The notes under the pieces: model-generated
What the model saw: the letters and a program-made list of their open reading frames with translations, nothing else
What the model was told of the DNA's origin: nothing
Database searches by the model: none
Shown here: one piece after another, positions 1 to 8,825 of the stretch
Position numbering within the stretch: position 1 is the stretch's first letter
How the letters are laid out: each line of letters starts with the position of its first letter
Assembly (NCBI GenBank): GCA_030158675.1
Contig: JAOASL010000033.1
Location: forward strand, 17,160-81,159
Length of the DNA: 64,000 nucleotides
Direction: 5' to 3'
Source of the DNA: Burkholderiaceae bacterium
GTDB lineage: Bacteria > Pseudomonadota > Gammaproteobacteria > Burkholderiales > Burkholderiaceae_D
Program-made: the position numbers and the translations under genes

Positions 1-125
1 CCCAGGGCGGCAATGCCGAAGGCCGTGCCCAGAATCAGCGGCGTCTTCATCCACGGCACCACGAACGGCACCAGCAGGGTGATCGCTGCGAGCAGCAGCG
101 CGACGAATTTTGCTTTGCGTTCCAT
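1..125 (-). CDS. livM: Branched-chain amino acid ABC transporter permease (LivM-like), N-terminal fragment; the gene runs off the left window edge
   Basis: Reverse-strand reading from the ATG at 125..123 gives MERKAKFVALLLAAITLLVPFVVPWMKTPLILGTAFGIAALG, a hydrophobic TM start. The ATG overlaps the TAA stop of the upstream livH-like gene by 1 nt (TAATG). It is absent from the ORF track because it is truncated by the window. Confidence 0.55.
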   Translation of the reverse strand, partial: MERKAKFVALLLAAITLLVPFVVPWMKTPLILGTAFGIAAL

Positions 126-1030
126 TACACCCTCCTCGCCTGTGCCACCGAGAACAGGCCCTGAGGACGGAACATCAGCACCAGCACCATGATCAGGAAC
201 GGCACCAGCACCTCAAGCTCGGGCAGCAGATAGACCGCGAACGAACGCGCCAGCCCGATCAGGATCGCCGCCACCAGCGCGCCCTCGATCTGGCCGAGGC
301 CGGCGGTGGCCACCACCGCAAACGACAACACGATCATTTCGCCGCCGATACCTGGCACCCAGGAGACCGTCGGTGAGGCCAGCGCGCCGGCCAGTGCCCC
401 CAGCACCGAGCCCACTACGAAGGTCAGCAGCGAGATCCGCTTGACATTGATGCCGAGCGCAGTCGACACCTCGCGGTTATGCGACACGGCGACAATCTGC
501 CGGCCCACCGAACTGAATTTCAGGAAGCTGCGCAGCGCGACGAAGATCACCAGCGCCACACCGGGCAGCACCATCAGCTGGTAGCGCGTGTAGGTAATGC
601 CGAGCACTTCCGTGGTGCCGAGGTAGTTGACGATGTCGGACACGAAGTAAGGCTGGGTACCCCAGATCAGGCGCTGCATGTCTTCGAAGATCATGAAGGC
701 CGAGAAGGTAATCAGCAGCTGCAGGATAGGATCCTTCGAATAGATGCGGCGCATCAGTGATGTTTCCATCAGTGTGCCGAACACCGTGCCGACGATGATC
801 GCCGCCAGCGGCAGGATCAGCAGCGACCACGCAGGCGACAGTCCCTGCGAAGCCGCCAGCAGCCCGAGGCTGGCCGCCATGTAGCCGCCCAGCGCGTAGA
901 AACTGCCGTGCGCCATATTGATAATGTTCATCACACCGAACACGAGAGTCATGCCCAGTGCAACAAGAAAAAGCAATGCAGCGTAGGACAGGCCGTCCAT
1001 CACCGCGAGTATGTAGAGATCCTGCGGCAT
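125..1030 (-). CDS. livH: Branched-chain amino acid ABC transporter permease (LivH family)
   Basis: 301-aa multi-TM ORF with a LivH-type N-terminus, MPQDLYILAVMDGLSYAALLFLVALGMTLVFGVMNIINMAHGSFYALGGY. It is flanked by a binding-protein gene upstream and a livM-like start downstream. Confidence 0.9.
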   Translation of the reverse strand: MPQDLYILAVMDGLSYAALLFLVALGMTLVFGVMNIINMAHGSFYALGGYMAASLGLLAASQGLSPAWSLLILPLAAIIVGTVFGTLMETSLMRRIYSKDPILQLLITFSAFMIFEDMQRLIWGTQPYFVSDIVNYLGTTEVLGITYTRYQLMVLPGVALVIFVALRSFLKFSSVGRQIVAVSHNREVSTALGINVKRISLLTFVVGSVLGALAGALASPTVSWVPGIGGEMIVLSFAVVATAGLGQIEGALVAAILIGLARSFAVYLLPELEVLVPFLIMVLVLMFRPQGLFSVAQARRV

Positions 1031-1122
1031 TGAAAGTCTTGGGAATTATTAAGTGTGGGCTGCATCGCGCGCGGCACGGCCAGCCGACCGTGCCGCGCGC
1101 TGCGGCGGGAATCAGAATGGAA

Positions 1123-2418
1123 TCAGAACTGTTTGATGCGCGGATCGTTGATGGCTGCCGGCTTCAGGGTCTTCACCCATTCCGGCGACTTCTGGCCGAC
1201 CGGCGTCGTGACCAGTTCAGCCGGGTAAACAGCAATTTTTTCCAGCGTCGGGAAGTTGTAGCCGGCGACTTTTTTGGTGACGCCGAGCAGTTGGTCTTCC
1301 AGCCCCTGGCCGTCTTCACGCATTTTGACCGTATTGGTCAGGCCGCGAAATTCGACCGAGTGCATCACCGCGGCGACTTGTTCAACCGTCGGCCATGCGC
1401 CCTTGTTGGCCTTGATCGCCTTGTCATAGCCCGCAGCCAGGCCGTCCAGCGCCTGCACCATATGAAACACCGGGTAGATCGGATAGCTGCCGGTCTTGTC
1501 GCGGAATTTCTTGGTGAAGCTGTTCAGTTTGGCATTGTCCTGATGCTGCGGGTGCAAGAAATAGTGGTCGCCGCGCGCGCCGACGATCACGCCGTCCGGC
1601 AGCGCCGAACCCAGGCGCTCGAGCGAGCTTTCTGCCAGCGGCAGCACAAACTGCGACTGCTTGAACAAACCGCGCTGCGAGGCCTGACGCACGAAAGTAT
1701 CCAGGTCACCGCCCCAGGCCGTCGACAACACCACTTCCGGCCGCAGCGCCTGCAAGCGGCTGATCTCGGTCGAATAATCGGTCGCGCCGAATTTTGGGAA
1801 CATCTCGGCGATGATCTTGACGTCCGGCTTGAGCGCCAGCAGCGTATTGCGGAACAGCTCCCACGAATCGCGGCCCCATGCATAGTCCTGATTAACGACG
1901 GCGATCGACTTGATGTCCGGCTTCTGCTTGAGCACATACAGCACGGTGGCGACCATCTCCGACGTCGCGTTCGCCTGCGTGCGCACGGCATATTTGTAGC
2001 GGCGGTCTTCCAGCACTTTCTCGGTGCCGCAGTCCCACATGATGTTCAGCACTTTCAGATCTTCAGCCACCGGCGCGAGCGTATTGCAGTTGCCGCTGGA
2101 GATGGCCGCCAGCATGACCTTGGTATCGCCCTCCTGCACTACGCGACGGTATTCCGACAGCAGTTTGTCAGCGCCGACACCTTCGTCGATGAAGGTCGGC
2201 ACGATCTTCACGCCATTGATGCCGCCGGCAGCGTTCAGCTGATCGATATATAGCTCGGCCGCAGCCTTCGCTGGCACGCCGAACACGGATGCCGGCCCCG
2301 ACAGGAAGGTGGTGACGCCGATCTTGAGCTGCGCGGGCTTGTTATCCGCGATCGCTCCGGACATGGCCAGAGCCGCCAGCGAGCCGGCAAACAGTCGGCC
2401 GAGAAGGGAAAGTTGCAT
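1123..2418 (-). CDS. ABC transporter substrate-binding protein (Leu/Ile/Val-binding, type-1 periplasmic binding fold)
   Basis: ORF 1123..2589 trimmed to the ATG at 2418, which has GGAG 6 nt upstream; the ATG at 2424 is also possible. Signal peptide MQLSLLGRLFAGSLAALAMSGAIA. Same strand and directly upstream of livH/livM. Confidence 0.85.
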   Translation of the reverse strand: MQLSLLGRLFAGSLAALAMSGAIADNKPAQLKIGVTTFLSGPASVFGVPAKAAAELYIDQLNAAGGINGVKIVPTFIDEGVGADKLLSEYRRVVQEGDTKVMLAAISSGNCNTLAPVAEDLKVLNIMWDCGTEKVLEDRRYKYAVRTQANATSEMVATVLYVLKQKPDIKSIAVVNQDYAWGRDSWELFRNTLLALKPDVKIIAEMFPKFGATDYSTEISRLQALRPEVVLSTAWGGDLDTFVRQASQRGLFKQSQFVLPLAESSLERLGSALPDGVIVGARGDHYFLHPQHQDNAKLNSFTKKFRDKTGSYPIYPVFHMVQALDGLAAGYDKAIKANKGAWPTVEQVAAVMHSVEFRGLTNTVKMREDGQGLEDQLLGVTKKVAGYNFPTLEKIAVYPAELVTTPVGQKSPEWVKTLKPAAINDPRIKQF

Positions 2419-2848
2419 TGTCATCTCCAGAAGGACCGGGCCGATGTGCCAGATCTGAATATTATTACGGCGCTTTTTTCGCGGGTAAGCGGCACCTCGG
2501 CGGGAGTCTGAATTACATTCGCTCCAGCGGCAAGCCGAGTTTATTAAAGGGGATATTTGGAAAATGTAAATTCGCTTGCTCTGCACCATTTTTAATCAAA
2601 GACGCATCGCACTACCATAGGAAAATGTGCAATGGCGCATTGCAGCAAGTACTGCCGGGGTCACTTGACGGGCGACAAAGTTATTCATTGACACGAAAAA
2701 TTCCCCCTTGCATCATGATCAAAAAAAGATCGATGTAGAGGCTGCGGACACCTCTTGGGGCGTCGGTGGCCAATTGAAGCAAGCTGGGGACACGGAGAAG
2801 TAAACCGGCTCCGGTGACAATAACGACAACCACAACGGAGGAGCACGC

Positions 2849-3712
2849 ATGAAAAAATTTGGTCTCATCGCATCGATGCTGGCGACGCTTTGCATCACCA
2901 CCGCACCAGCGGCACAATCGCAGGAACTGTACTGGGCAACCAGCGGCTTCTTTGGTCCGTTCAATATCCAGGGCCTGATCCCGACCTACCCCGAAGCAAA
3001 GCAGATCACGATTCCCGTCTCGATGTGGGTCCTGAAGCATCCGAAGGGCGTCGTCGTTTTCGACACTGGCAACAACGTGGCGATCTCGGACAGCATGGAC
3101 AACTGCAAGAAGTACTGGGCCGCCGGCAACTGCGACTTCCTCAAGCCTAACCAGAAGCGTTCTGACGTCATCGACATGCAGCTGAAGAAGCTCGGCCTCA
3201 GCGTCGACGATGTGAAGGCGGTCGTGCACTCGCACTCCCACCTTGACCACATCGGCAACATCGGCATGTTCCCGAAGGCAATCCACGTGATGCAGAAGAA
3301 AGAACTGTATCAGGGCTGGTGGCCGGAGAAGATCCAGGGCCGCGCAGTTAACGGCTCCTTCGTTCTGGCCGATATCGCTGCTGCTCGTGACTTCAACTAC
3401 CTTGAGCTCGACGGCGAATACGACCTGTTCGGCGACGGCACGGTCAAGCTGATCCCGACCCCGGGTCACACGATCGGCCACCAGTCGATGAAGGTCAAGC
3501 TGCCGAAGACCGGCAGTGTGATCATCACGCAGGATGCTGTCTGGATGCAGGAAAACATGGACGGTTACGTCGCTGGCCTGAACTACAGCGTCAAGGACTA
3601 CACCGACTCGGTGAACAAGATCAAGATGATGCGCGACCTCGAAGGCGCACAGGTCCTGATGTCGCACGACGCGAACCAGTTCGCGAAACTGGGCGACCGC
3701 TGGCACAAGTAA
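2849..3712 (+). CDS. Secreted metallo-beta-lactamase-fold hydrolase, N-acyl-homoserine-lactonase-like
   Basis: 287-aa ORF with GGAGGAG upstream. Signal peptide MKKFGLIASMLATLCITTAPAAQS. Contains the HSHSHLDH (HxHxDH) zinc motif plus downstream TPGHTIGH and SHD, as in AiiA/AttM-type lactonases. Confidence 0.8.
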   Translation: MKKFGLIASMLATLCITTAPAAQSQELYWATSGFFGPFNIQGLIPTYPEAKQITIPVSMWVLKHPKGVVVFDTGNNVAISDSMDNCKKYWAAGNCDFLKPNQKRSDVIDMQLKKLGLSVDDVKAVVHSHSHLDHIGNIGMFPKAIHVMQKKELYQGWWPEKIQGRAVNGSFVLADIAAARDFNYLELDGEYDLFGDGTVKLIPTPGHTIGHQSMKVKLPKTGSVIITQDAVWMQENMDGYVAGLNYSVKDYTDSVNKIKMMRDLEGAQVLMSHDANQFAKLGDRWHK

Positions 3713-3733
3713 TACCGCAATCGCTTCATCTCA

Positions 3734-3759
3734 AGCCCCCCTCCCGGGGGGCTTTTTTG
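3734..3759 (+). terminator. Rho-independent terminator after the lactonase-like gene
   Basis: AGCCCCCC-TCCC-GGGGGGCT hairpin (8-bp GC stem) followed by TTTTT, 22 nt after the stop codon. Confidence 0.85.
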
Positions 3760-3790
3760 TGCCCACCTGACACCACCGCGAAACTCTCTG

Positions 3791-4738
3791 ATGATAGAAC
3801 TGGACCGAGTCAACAAGCGTTACGGCTCCAAGCCCATCCTGCACGACATCTCCTTTGACGTGAAGCCCGGCGAGATCGTCGGATTCCTCGGCCCGAATGG
3901 CGCCGGCAAGACCACCACGATGCGCCTGATCGCCGGCTACACTGCCGCGACGTCCGGTACCGTGCGTGTCGCCGGCTACGACATGGCCAGTGGTAACCAC
4001 GACGCGGCGCCAAAGATCGGCTACCTGCCCGAGCAGCCGCCGTTGTATGACGTGATGGACGTGTCGGCCTACCTGAAATTCGTCGCCAAGGCCAAGGGGT
4101 TGCAGGGCGCGCATGCACGCTCCGAGCTCGAGCGCGTGCTCAGCGCCTGCCGTCTGGAAGACGTGACGACAAAAGACATCTACAAACTGTCAAAAGGCTA
4201 CCGCCAGCGGGTCGGCCTGGCGCAGGCGCTGCTGGGCGATCCGGAGGTACTGCTGCTGGATGAACCCACCGCCGGCCTCGACCCCGGACAGATACAGGAA
4301 ACCCGCGAAGTGATTCGCGATGCCGGCATGCGACACGCAGTGCTGCTGTCGAGTCATATTTTGCCGGAGGTGACGCTGCTCTGCCATCGTGTCGCCATCA
4401 TCCATCAGGGCCGGCTGCTGGCTACCGGCTCGCCGCAAGATTTGCAGCGAGCGGCGGACCAGACCAGCGCCGTCTCGCTGGAAGCCGGCGGTGATCCCGA
4501 GGCGCTGAAACAAGCGCTGCTGGCGACCGACGGCGTGGCCGGCGCGCAGTTGCAGGCGTTTGGCGGCCGCCCCGGCATCTTCGCAATCGACTGTCAGGTC
4601 AGCGCCGAAGAAGGGGTCGAGGCACGCATCGCGCGCGCCGTCACGCAATGCGGCGAACTGTACCGCCTCGAGCGCCGCCAGCCGACACTCGAAGACGTAT
4701 TTCTCAACTACATCGGACATCAAGGAGGCCGCGCATGA
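3791..4738 (+). CDS. ABC transporter ATP-binding protein (ABC-2/GldA-like)
   Basis: Walker A GPNGAGKTT, signature LSKGYRQRV and Walker B LLLDEP. The stop overlaps the next start (ATGA at 4735..4738). Confidence 0.92.
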   Translation: MIELDRVNKRYGSKPILHDISFDVKPGEIVGFLGPNGAGKTTTMRLIAGYTAATSGTVRVAGYDMASGNHDAAPKIGYLPEQPPLYDVMDVSAYLKFVAKAKGLQGAHARSELERVLSACRLEDVTTKDIYKLSKGYRQRVGLAQALLGDPEVLLLDEPTAGLDPGQIQETREVIRDAGMRHAVLLSSHILPEVTLLCHRVAIIHQGRLLATGSPQDLQRAADQTSAVSLEAGGDPEALKQALLATDGVAGAQLQAFGGRPGIFAIDCQVSAEEGVEARIARAVTQCGELYRLERRQPTLEDVFLNYIGHQGGRA

Positions 4739-5451
4739 ATGCATGGAATGGCGTGGCTGCGGTGTACGGCAAGGAAATGCAGACCTATTTCCGTTCGCCG
4801 ATCGCCTATTTCGTAATCGCCGTGTTCTTGCTTGGCACCGGCTATTTTTTCACTTACAACATCTTTCTGACCGGCGTCGGCACGATGGATGTGACCCTGC
4901 AGAACATGGGAATCCTGCTCATCACGCTGTCACCGGTGCTGACGATGCGCCTGTTCTCCGGCGAGTACACCGGCCGCACGATGGAGCTGCTCATGACGCT
5001 GCCGCTACGCACCTGGCAGGTCGTGCTCGGAAAGTACCTCGGCGCCGTCTCGATACTGCTGCTGATGACGGCGGCTTCGGCGATCAACCTGGTGCCGCTG
5101 TACCTGTACGGCTCTCCGCACACAAGCAACATTGTGGCCGGGTATATCGGCTTCCTGCTGCTTGGCATGGCTTGCATCGGCATCGGCCAGCTGTTCTCCG
5201 CGCTGACGGAGAACCAGATCGTCGCCGCCCTGATCACGATCCCGGTGCTGCTGCTGTTCTGGTTCATCGGCCACTTGCAGGGTCTGCAGTCATCGGTGCT
5301 GTTGCGCGACCTGTTCGCCCACCTGTCGTTCTCGGAACACTATGCCGACTTCATCCAGGGGCTGTTGCGTACCGAAGCCATCACCTTCTTCCTGGTCGTG
5401 GTCGCCTGCGCGCTGACGCTAAACACCAGCTGGCTGCAATGGCGGCGCTAA
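4735..5451 (+). CDS. ABC-2 type transporter permease (GldF-like)
   Basis: ORF 4648..5451 trimmed to the ATG at 4735, which is translationally coupled to the ATPase gene. Sequence MNAWNGVAAVYGKEMQTYFRSPIAYFVIAVFLLGTGYFF and multiple TM segments. Confidence 0.88.
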   Translation: MNAWNGVAAVYGKEMQTYFRSPIAYFVIAVFLLGTGYFFTYNIFLTGVGTMDVTLQNMGILLITLSPVLTMRLFSGEYTGRTMELLMTLPLRTWQVVLGKYLGAVSILLLMTAASAINLVPLYLYGSPHTSNIVAGYIGFLLLGMACIGIGQLFSALTENQIVAALITIPVLLLFWFIGHLQGLQSSVLLRDLFAHLSFSEHYADFIQGLLRTEAITFFLVVVACALTLNTSWLQWRR

Positions 5452-5513
5452 GCGCAGCACTGAACACGGCACTGCCGGTATCACAAGAACAACAATGAAA
5501 GCTTCCGAACACC

Positions 5514-7136
5514 ATGGATAGCACTTTTCGCTCTGGCCTGATCCTCATTGCCGGCATCGTCGTGCTGATCGCTTCGGCGATCGCAAGCGCACTGTCGGTC
5601 GATTCGTCCGTCGTTACCAATGCCTTGCTGGTCGCGGGTCTTTTGCTGTCGTTGTGGGCGCTGTTCAAGCTGCGCATCGATATCCGTCTGCTGTTTTCCG
5701 CCAACCGGCGCGAGCTGCTACTGTCGACCGTCGGCGTGCTCGGCGTGCTGGTCGCCATCGCCTGGGTCAGTGCGCTTTATCCGAAGCGATTCGACCTGAC
5801 AGCGACACAGGAATATTCGCTGGCGCCGGAAACGGTCGCAATGCTGAAGACGATTGACCGCCCGGTCCATATCACCTTCTTCCATGACCGCGGCATGCGC
5901 GAGACGGTCGAACTATACGAGCTGTTCGCCGCGCAAAACAGCAAGATCAGCGCCGAATTCTTCGACCCCACGCTGAACCCGGCGCAGGCCAAACTACGTG
6001 GCGTGCAGTTTGCCGGCACTGCGTTGTTCGAAAGCGAAGGGCGCAAGCTCACCGTCAACGGGCCGACCGAAACCGATATCGCGAATGGCTTGCTGCGGGT
6101 CACCCAGGCCAAGCAGCAGCTTGCCTGCTTCGTCGAGGGTCATGGCGAACCCAACCCGTTCAGCCTGGAGTCGCACGATCACACCGAAGGCGCCGCCGGC
6201 CATGCGCACGGCCTGGAGACCAAGGTCGTGCAGCACGAACAGCACGGCATGGCCAAGGCACGCGGCGCGCTTGAGGCACTGAACTATCTGGTCGAAAAAG
6301 TTTCGCTGATGCAGGCAAACACCGATCTGTCGCGTTGCTCGGTGCTGATCGTCGCCGGCCCGCAGATGCAGCTGCTCGAGCCCGAGGTGAAGGCGATCGA
6401 CGCCTATCTCGACAACGGCGGCAAGGCGATGTTCATGATCGATCCGTTCATCAAGACCGGCCTTGATCGCGTGATCGCGAAATTCGGCATCGTGCTGGAA
6501 GATGACATGGTGATCGATCCGGCCAGCCACTTCTGGGCCGACCCGTCGACGCCGGCCGTCAGCGACTACAACCCGCACGAGATCACCTCCAAGCTGCCGC
6601 AGACCTTTTTCCCGGGAGCGCGTTCGCTGATGCCGACGGCAGCGGCGGTACCCGGCGTGTCAGTGCGCCAGCTGGTGAATACTTCGAAGAAAAGCTTCTC
6701 AAATTCAGACCGTACGAAAGTCGAGTTCGTCGAAGGTAAGAACCGCGGCGGCCCGCTGACCATCATGGCCACCTCGCGCATCAATCCGCAGACGGTCGAG
6801 TCGGCCGAAACATTGATGCGCCGCCTGCGCGGAGAGAAGGTCGATGCGGCCAAGCCCATTACCGAGCGCAAGGAAGCGCGTATCGTCGTTGTCGGCGATT
6901 CGGACTTCGCGACCAACTCGTTCTATCACCTGGTCGGTAACGGCACGCTGTTCATGAATGCGGTGAACTTCCTCGCGGCGCGCGACAACCTGATCGGCTT
7001 AAAGCCGCGTACCTATGACCTGCCGCTGGTGGTCATGACCAATACGCAGATGAAAGGCACCTTCGTGCTGTCGATCATCCTGATCCCGCTGCTGATGGCG
7101 GCGCTCGGTATCGCTGTCTGGTGGAGGAGGCGTTAA
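5514..7136 (+). CDS. ABC transporter auxiliary protein, GldG-like (large periplasmic domain between N- and C-terminal TM anchors)
   Basis: 540 aa. N-terminal TM helices, a long soluble middle including VVGDSDFATNSF, and a C-terminal TM (FVLSIILIPLLMAALGIAVWW). It follows the GldA/GldF-like pair, as in GldAFG-type systems. Confidence 0.8.
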   Translation: MDSTFRSGLILIAGIVVLIASAIASALSVDSSVVTNALLVAGLLLSLWALFKLRIDIRLLFSANRRELLLSTVGVLGVLVAIAWVSALYPKRFDLTATQEYSLAPETVAMLKTIDRPVHITFFHDRGMRETVELYELFAAQNSKISAEFFDPTLNPAQAKLRGVQFAGTALFESEGRKLTVNGPTETDIANGLLRVTQAKQQLACFVEGHGEPNPFSLESHDHTEGAAGHAHGLETKVVQHEQHGMAKARGALEALNYLVEKVSLMQANTDLSRCSVLIVAGPQMQLLEPEVKAIDAYLDNGGKAMFMIDPFIKTGLDRVIAKFGIVLEDDMVIDPASHFWADPSTPAVSDYNPHEITSKLPQTFFPGARSLMPTAAAVPGVSVRQLVNTSKKSFSNSDRTKVEFVEGKNRGGPLTIMATSRINPQTVESAETLMRRLRGEKVDAAKPITERKEARIVVVGDSDFATNSFYHLVGNGTLFMNAVNFLAARDNLIGLKPRTYDLPLVVMTNTQMKGTFVLSIILIPLLMAALGIAVWWRRR

Positions 7137-7768
7137 TGCGCGGGCGCAAATTGTGGCTGATCTGGGGCGTGCTGATCGTTCTGGCGGTCGTCATCTGGCG
7201 CGGTGAAGTCCGTCGCAGCAGTGAAATTTCGGCCACGTCGGCACGCGAGGCGAAACGTCTGCTGCCTGCGCCGATCGAGGACATCGGCGTTGTCGAGGTG
7301 ATGCTGAAGGGAACAATGCACCGCTTCGAGCGTGCCGGCAACGGCAAATGGTTCTACCACGGCATCCATGACGCCAGCCAGCCCGGGCATGAGCATTCCA
7401 TCGATCCCGCGCAGTCAGACACCATTGCCAATGCATTCACCGGCTTCGGCCGCATGCAGGGCGAGCAGCGGATTCCGCTGAAAGGCGGCGATGACGAATA
7501 CGGCGTGTCGCGGCCGGACATCTTCATCATCGTCTACCACTCCGCCAATGATGCGCCGTTGGCGCGCTTTGCCGCCGGCAGCCTGACGCCGGATGGCTAC
7601 AGCCGCTATCTGCTGCCAGTCGGCGGAGCCGAGATCGTCACCGTGCCGGAATTCCACATCACGAACCTGCTCACGCTGATCGACGCCATGAAGGCCAAGG
7701 TGGCGGCGTCGGCTCCGGCCAATGCTGCCACGAGTACGACGGCTGCCGCTGCCAAGCCGGCGCGCTGA
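7136..7768 (+). CDS. Hypothetical membrane-anchored periplasmic protein with a His-rich patch (possibly DUF4340-like)
   Basis: The ATG at 7136 overlaps the TAA of the upstream gene (TAATG). Single N-terminal TM (KLWLIWGVLIVLAVVIW), His cluster YHGIHDASQPGHEHS and an Ala/Thr-rich tail. No family motif recognised with certainty. Confidence 0.65.
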   Translation: MRGRKLWLIWGVLIVLAVVIWRGEVRRSSEISATSAREAKRLLPAPIEDIGVVEVMLKGTMHRFERAGNGKWFYHGIHDASQPGHEHSIDPAQSDTIANAFTGFGRMQGEQRIPLKGGDDEYGVSRPDIFIIVYHSANDAPLARFAAGSLTPDGYSRYLLPVGGAEIVTVPEFHITNLLTLIDAMKAKVAASAPANAATSTTAAAAKPAR

Positions 7769-7772
7769 TCCG

Positions 7773-8750
7773 ATGCGGCTGCGTGGGCTGTTGACGCTGG
7801 CGGTCGCGTTTGCGGCGGCGCTGCTGCCAGGCGCGACGCGTGCGCATTCCGGCGACGCCACCGGCTTTGCCAGTCTGGCGGTAAGCGGCGCCACGGTCAG
7901 CTATGTATATACGCCGGCAGGGAAATCCACGGACGATCCGGCCACCCTGCCCGCGCTGCTGCGCGAACAAATCATCGTGGAAACCGACGGCAAGCGCTGC
8001 GCGCCCCAACCGGGCGACAGCCTGTCGCTGCGCTTCGATTGCAGTCAGCCGGTCAGTCGACTGACCATTCAAGACCATCTGCCGGCCGTACTCGGCGACA
8101 CCCATCATGTCATCGCACTGCTGACCTGGGACGGCGGCAGCCTGTCGCATGCGTTCTCGGCAGCGCAGCCAACCCTTGAAGCCGACCTGCGGCATCAGGG
8201 TACGCCGAATGGCGCCGGCAGCTTCTTCGTGCTCGGCATCGAGCATATCGCCACTGGCTATGACCACCTGCTGTTCGTGCTGGCGCTGGTGCTGTGCGGC
8301 GGCAACCTGCTGCAACTGCTGAAGATCGTCACCGCCTTCACGCTAGCGCACAGCATCACGCTGGGTGCCGCCGCCTTTGATCTGGTGACCCTGCCGTCGA
8401 TGCTGGTCGAGGCCGTGATCGCGCTGTCAATCGCCTACGTCGCATTCGAGAACCTCGTGCCGCGCTTCGCCGTCTCGCGCCGCTGGACCATCAGCTTCGC
8501 GTTCGGACTGGTGCACGGCTTCGGATTTTCGTCGGTGCTGAAAGAAATCGGCCTGCCGAAGGACAGCGAATTGCTGGCGCTGCTGAACTTCAACCTCGGC
8601 GTGGAGGCCGGCCAGATCGTCGCCGTGGCGATCGTGGTACCGCTGCTGATCCGGGTTCGGCGTCAGTCGTGGGGAATGCGCGCGATCCGCTGGACTTCGG
8701 CGGCCGTGCTGGTAACGGGATTGGCGCTGTTTGTCGAACGAGTCATTTAG
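7773..8750 (+). CDS. HupE/UreJ family membrane protein with an N-terminal periplasmic domain
   Basis: ORF 7722..8750 trimmed to the ATG at 7773, 4 nt after the previous stop. Signal peptide MRLRGLLTLAVAFAAALLPGATRAHS. C-terminal half has GIEHIATGYDHLLFVLALVL and multi-TM segments typical of HupE_UreJ_2. Confidence 0.8.
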   Translation: MRLRGLLTLAVAFAAALLPGATRAHSGDATGFASLAVSGATVSYVYTPAGKSTDDPATLPALLREQIIVETDGKRCAPQPGDSLSLRFDCSQPVSRLTIQDHLPAVLGDTHHVIALLTWDGGSLSHAFSAAQPTLEADLRHQGTPNGAGSFFVLGIEHIATGYDHLLFVLALVLCGGNLLQLLKIVTAFTLAHSITLGAAAFDLVTLPSMLVEAVIALSIAYVAFENLVPRFAVSRRWTISFAFGLVHGFGFSSVLKEIGLPKDSELLALLNFNLGVEAGQIVAVAIVVPLLIRVRRQSWGMRAIRWTSAAVLVTGLALFVERVI

Positions 8751-8825
8751 CTTCTCTGACGACACCCTGTTGAAACGCTTGCCGTCGCTTGACGACGATC
8801 GATTTCAATCGTTCAACGACCCATC

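Noticed and set aside
958-2253. 431-aa plus-strand ORF
   Set aside because: It is entirely antisense to the well-supported substrate-binding protein gene. Its Arg/His/Ala-rich composition has no motifs, which is typical of a high-GC shadow ORF.
2681-3706. 341-aa minus-strand ORF
   Set aside because: It is antisense to the MBL lactonase-like gene, which has an RBS, a signal peptide, a catalytic motif and a terminator. This is a shadow ORF.
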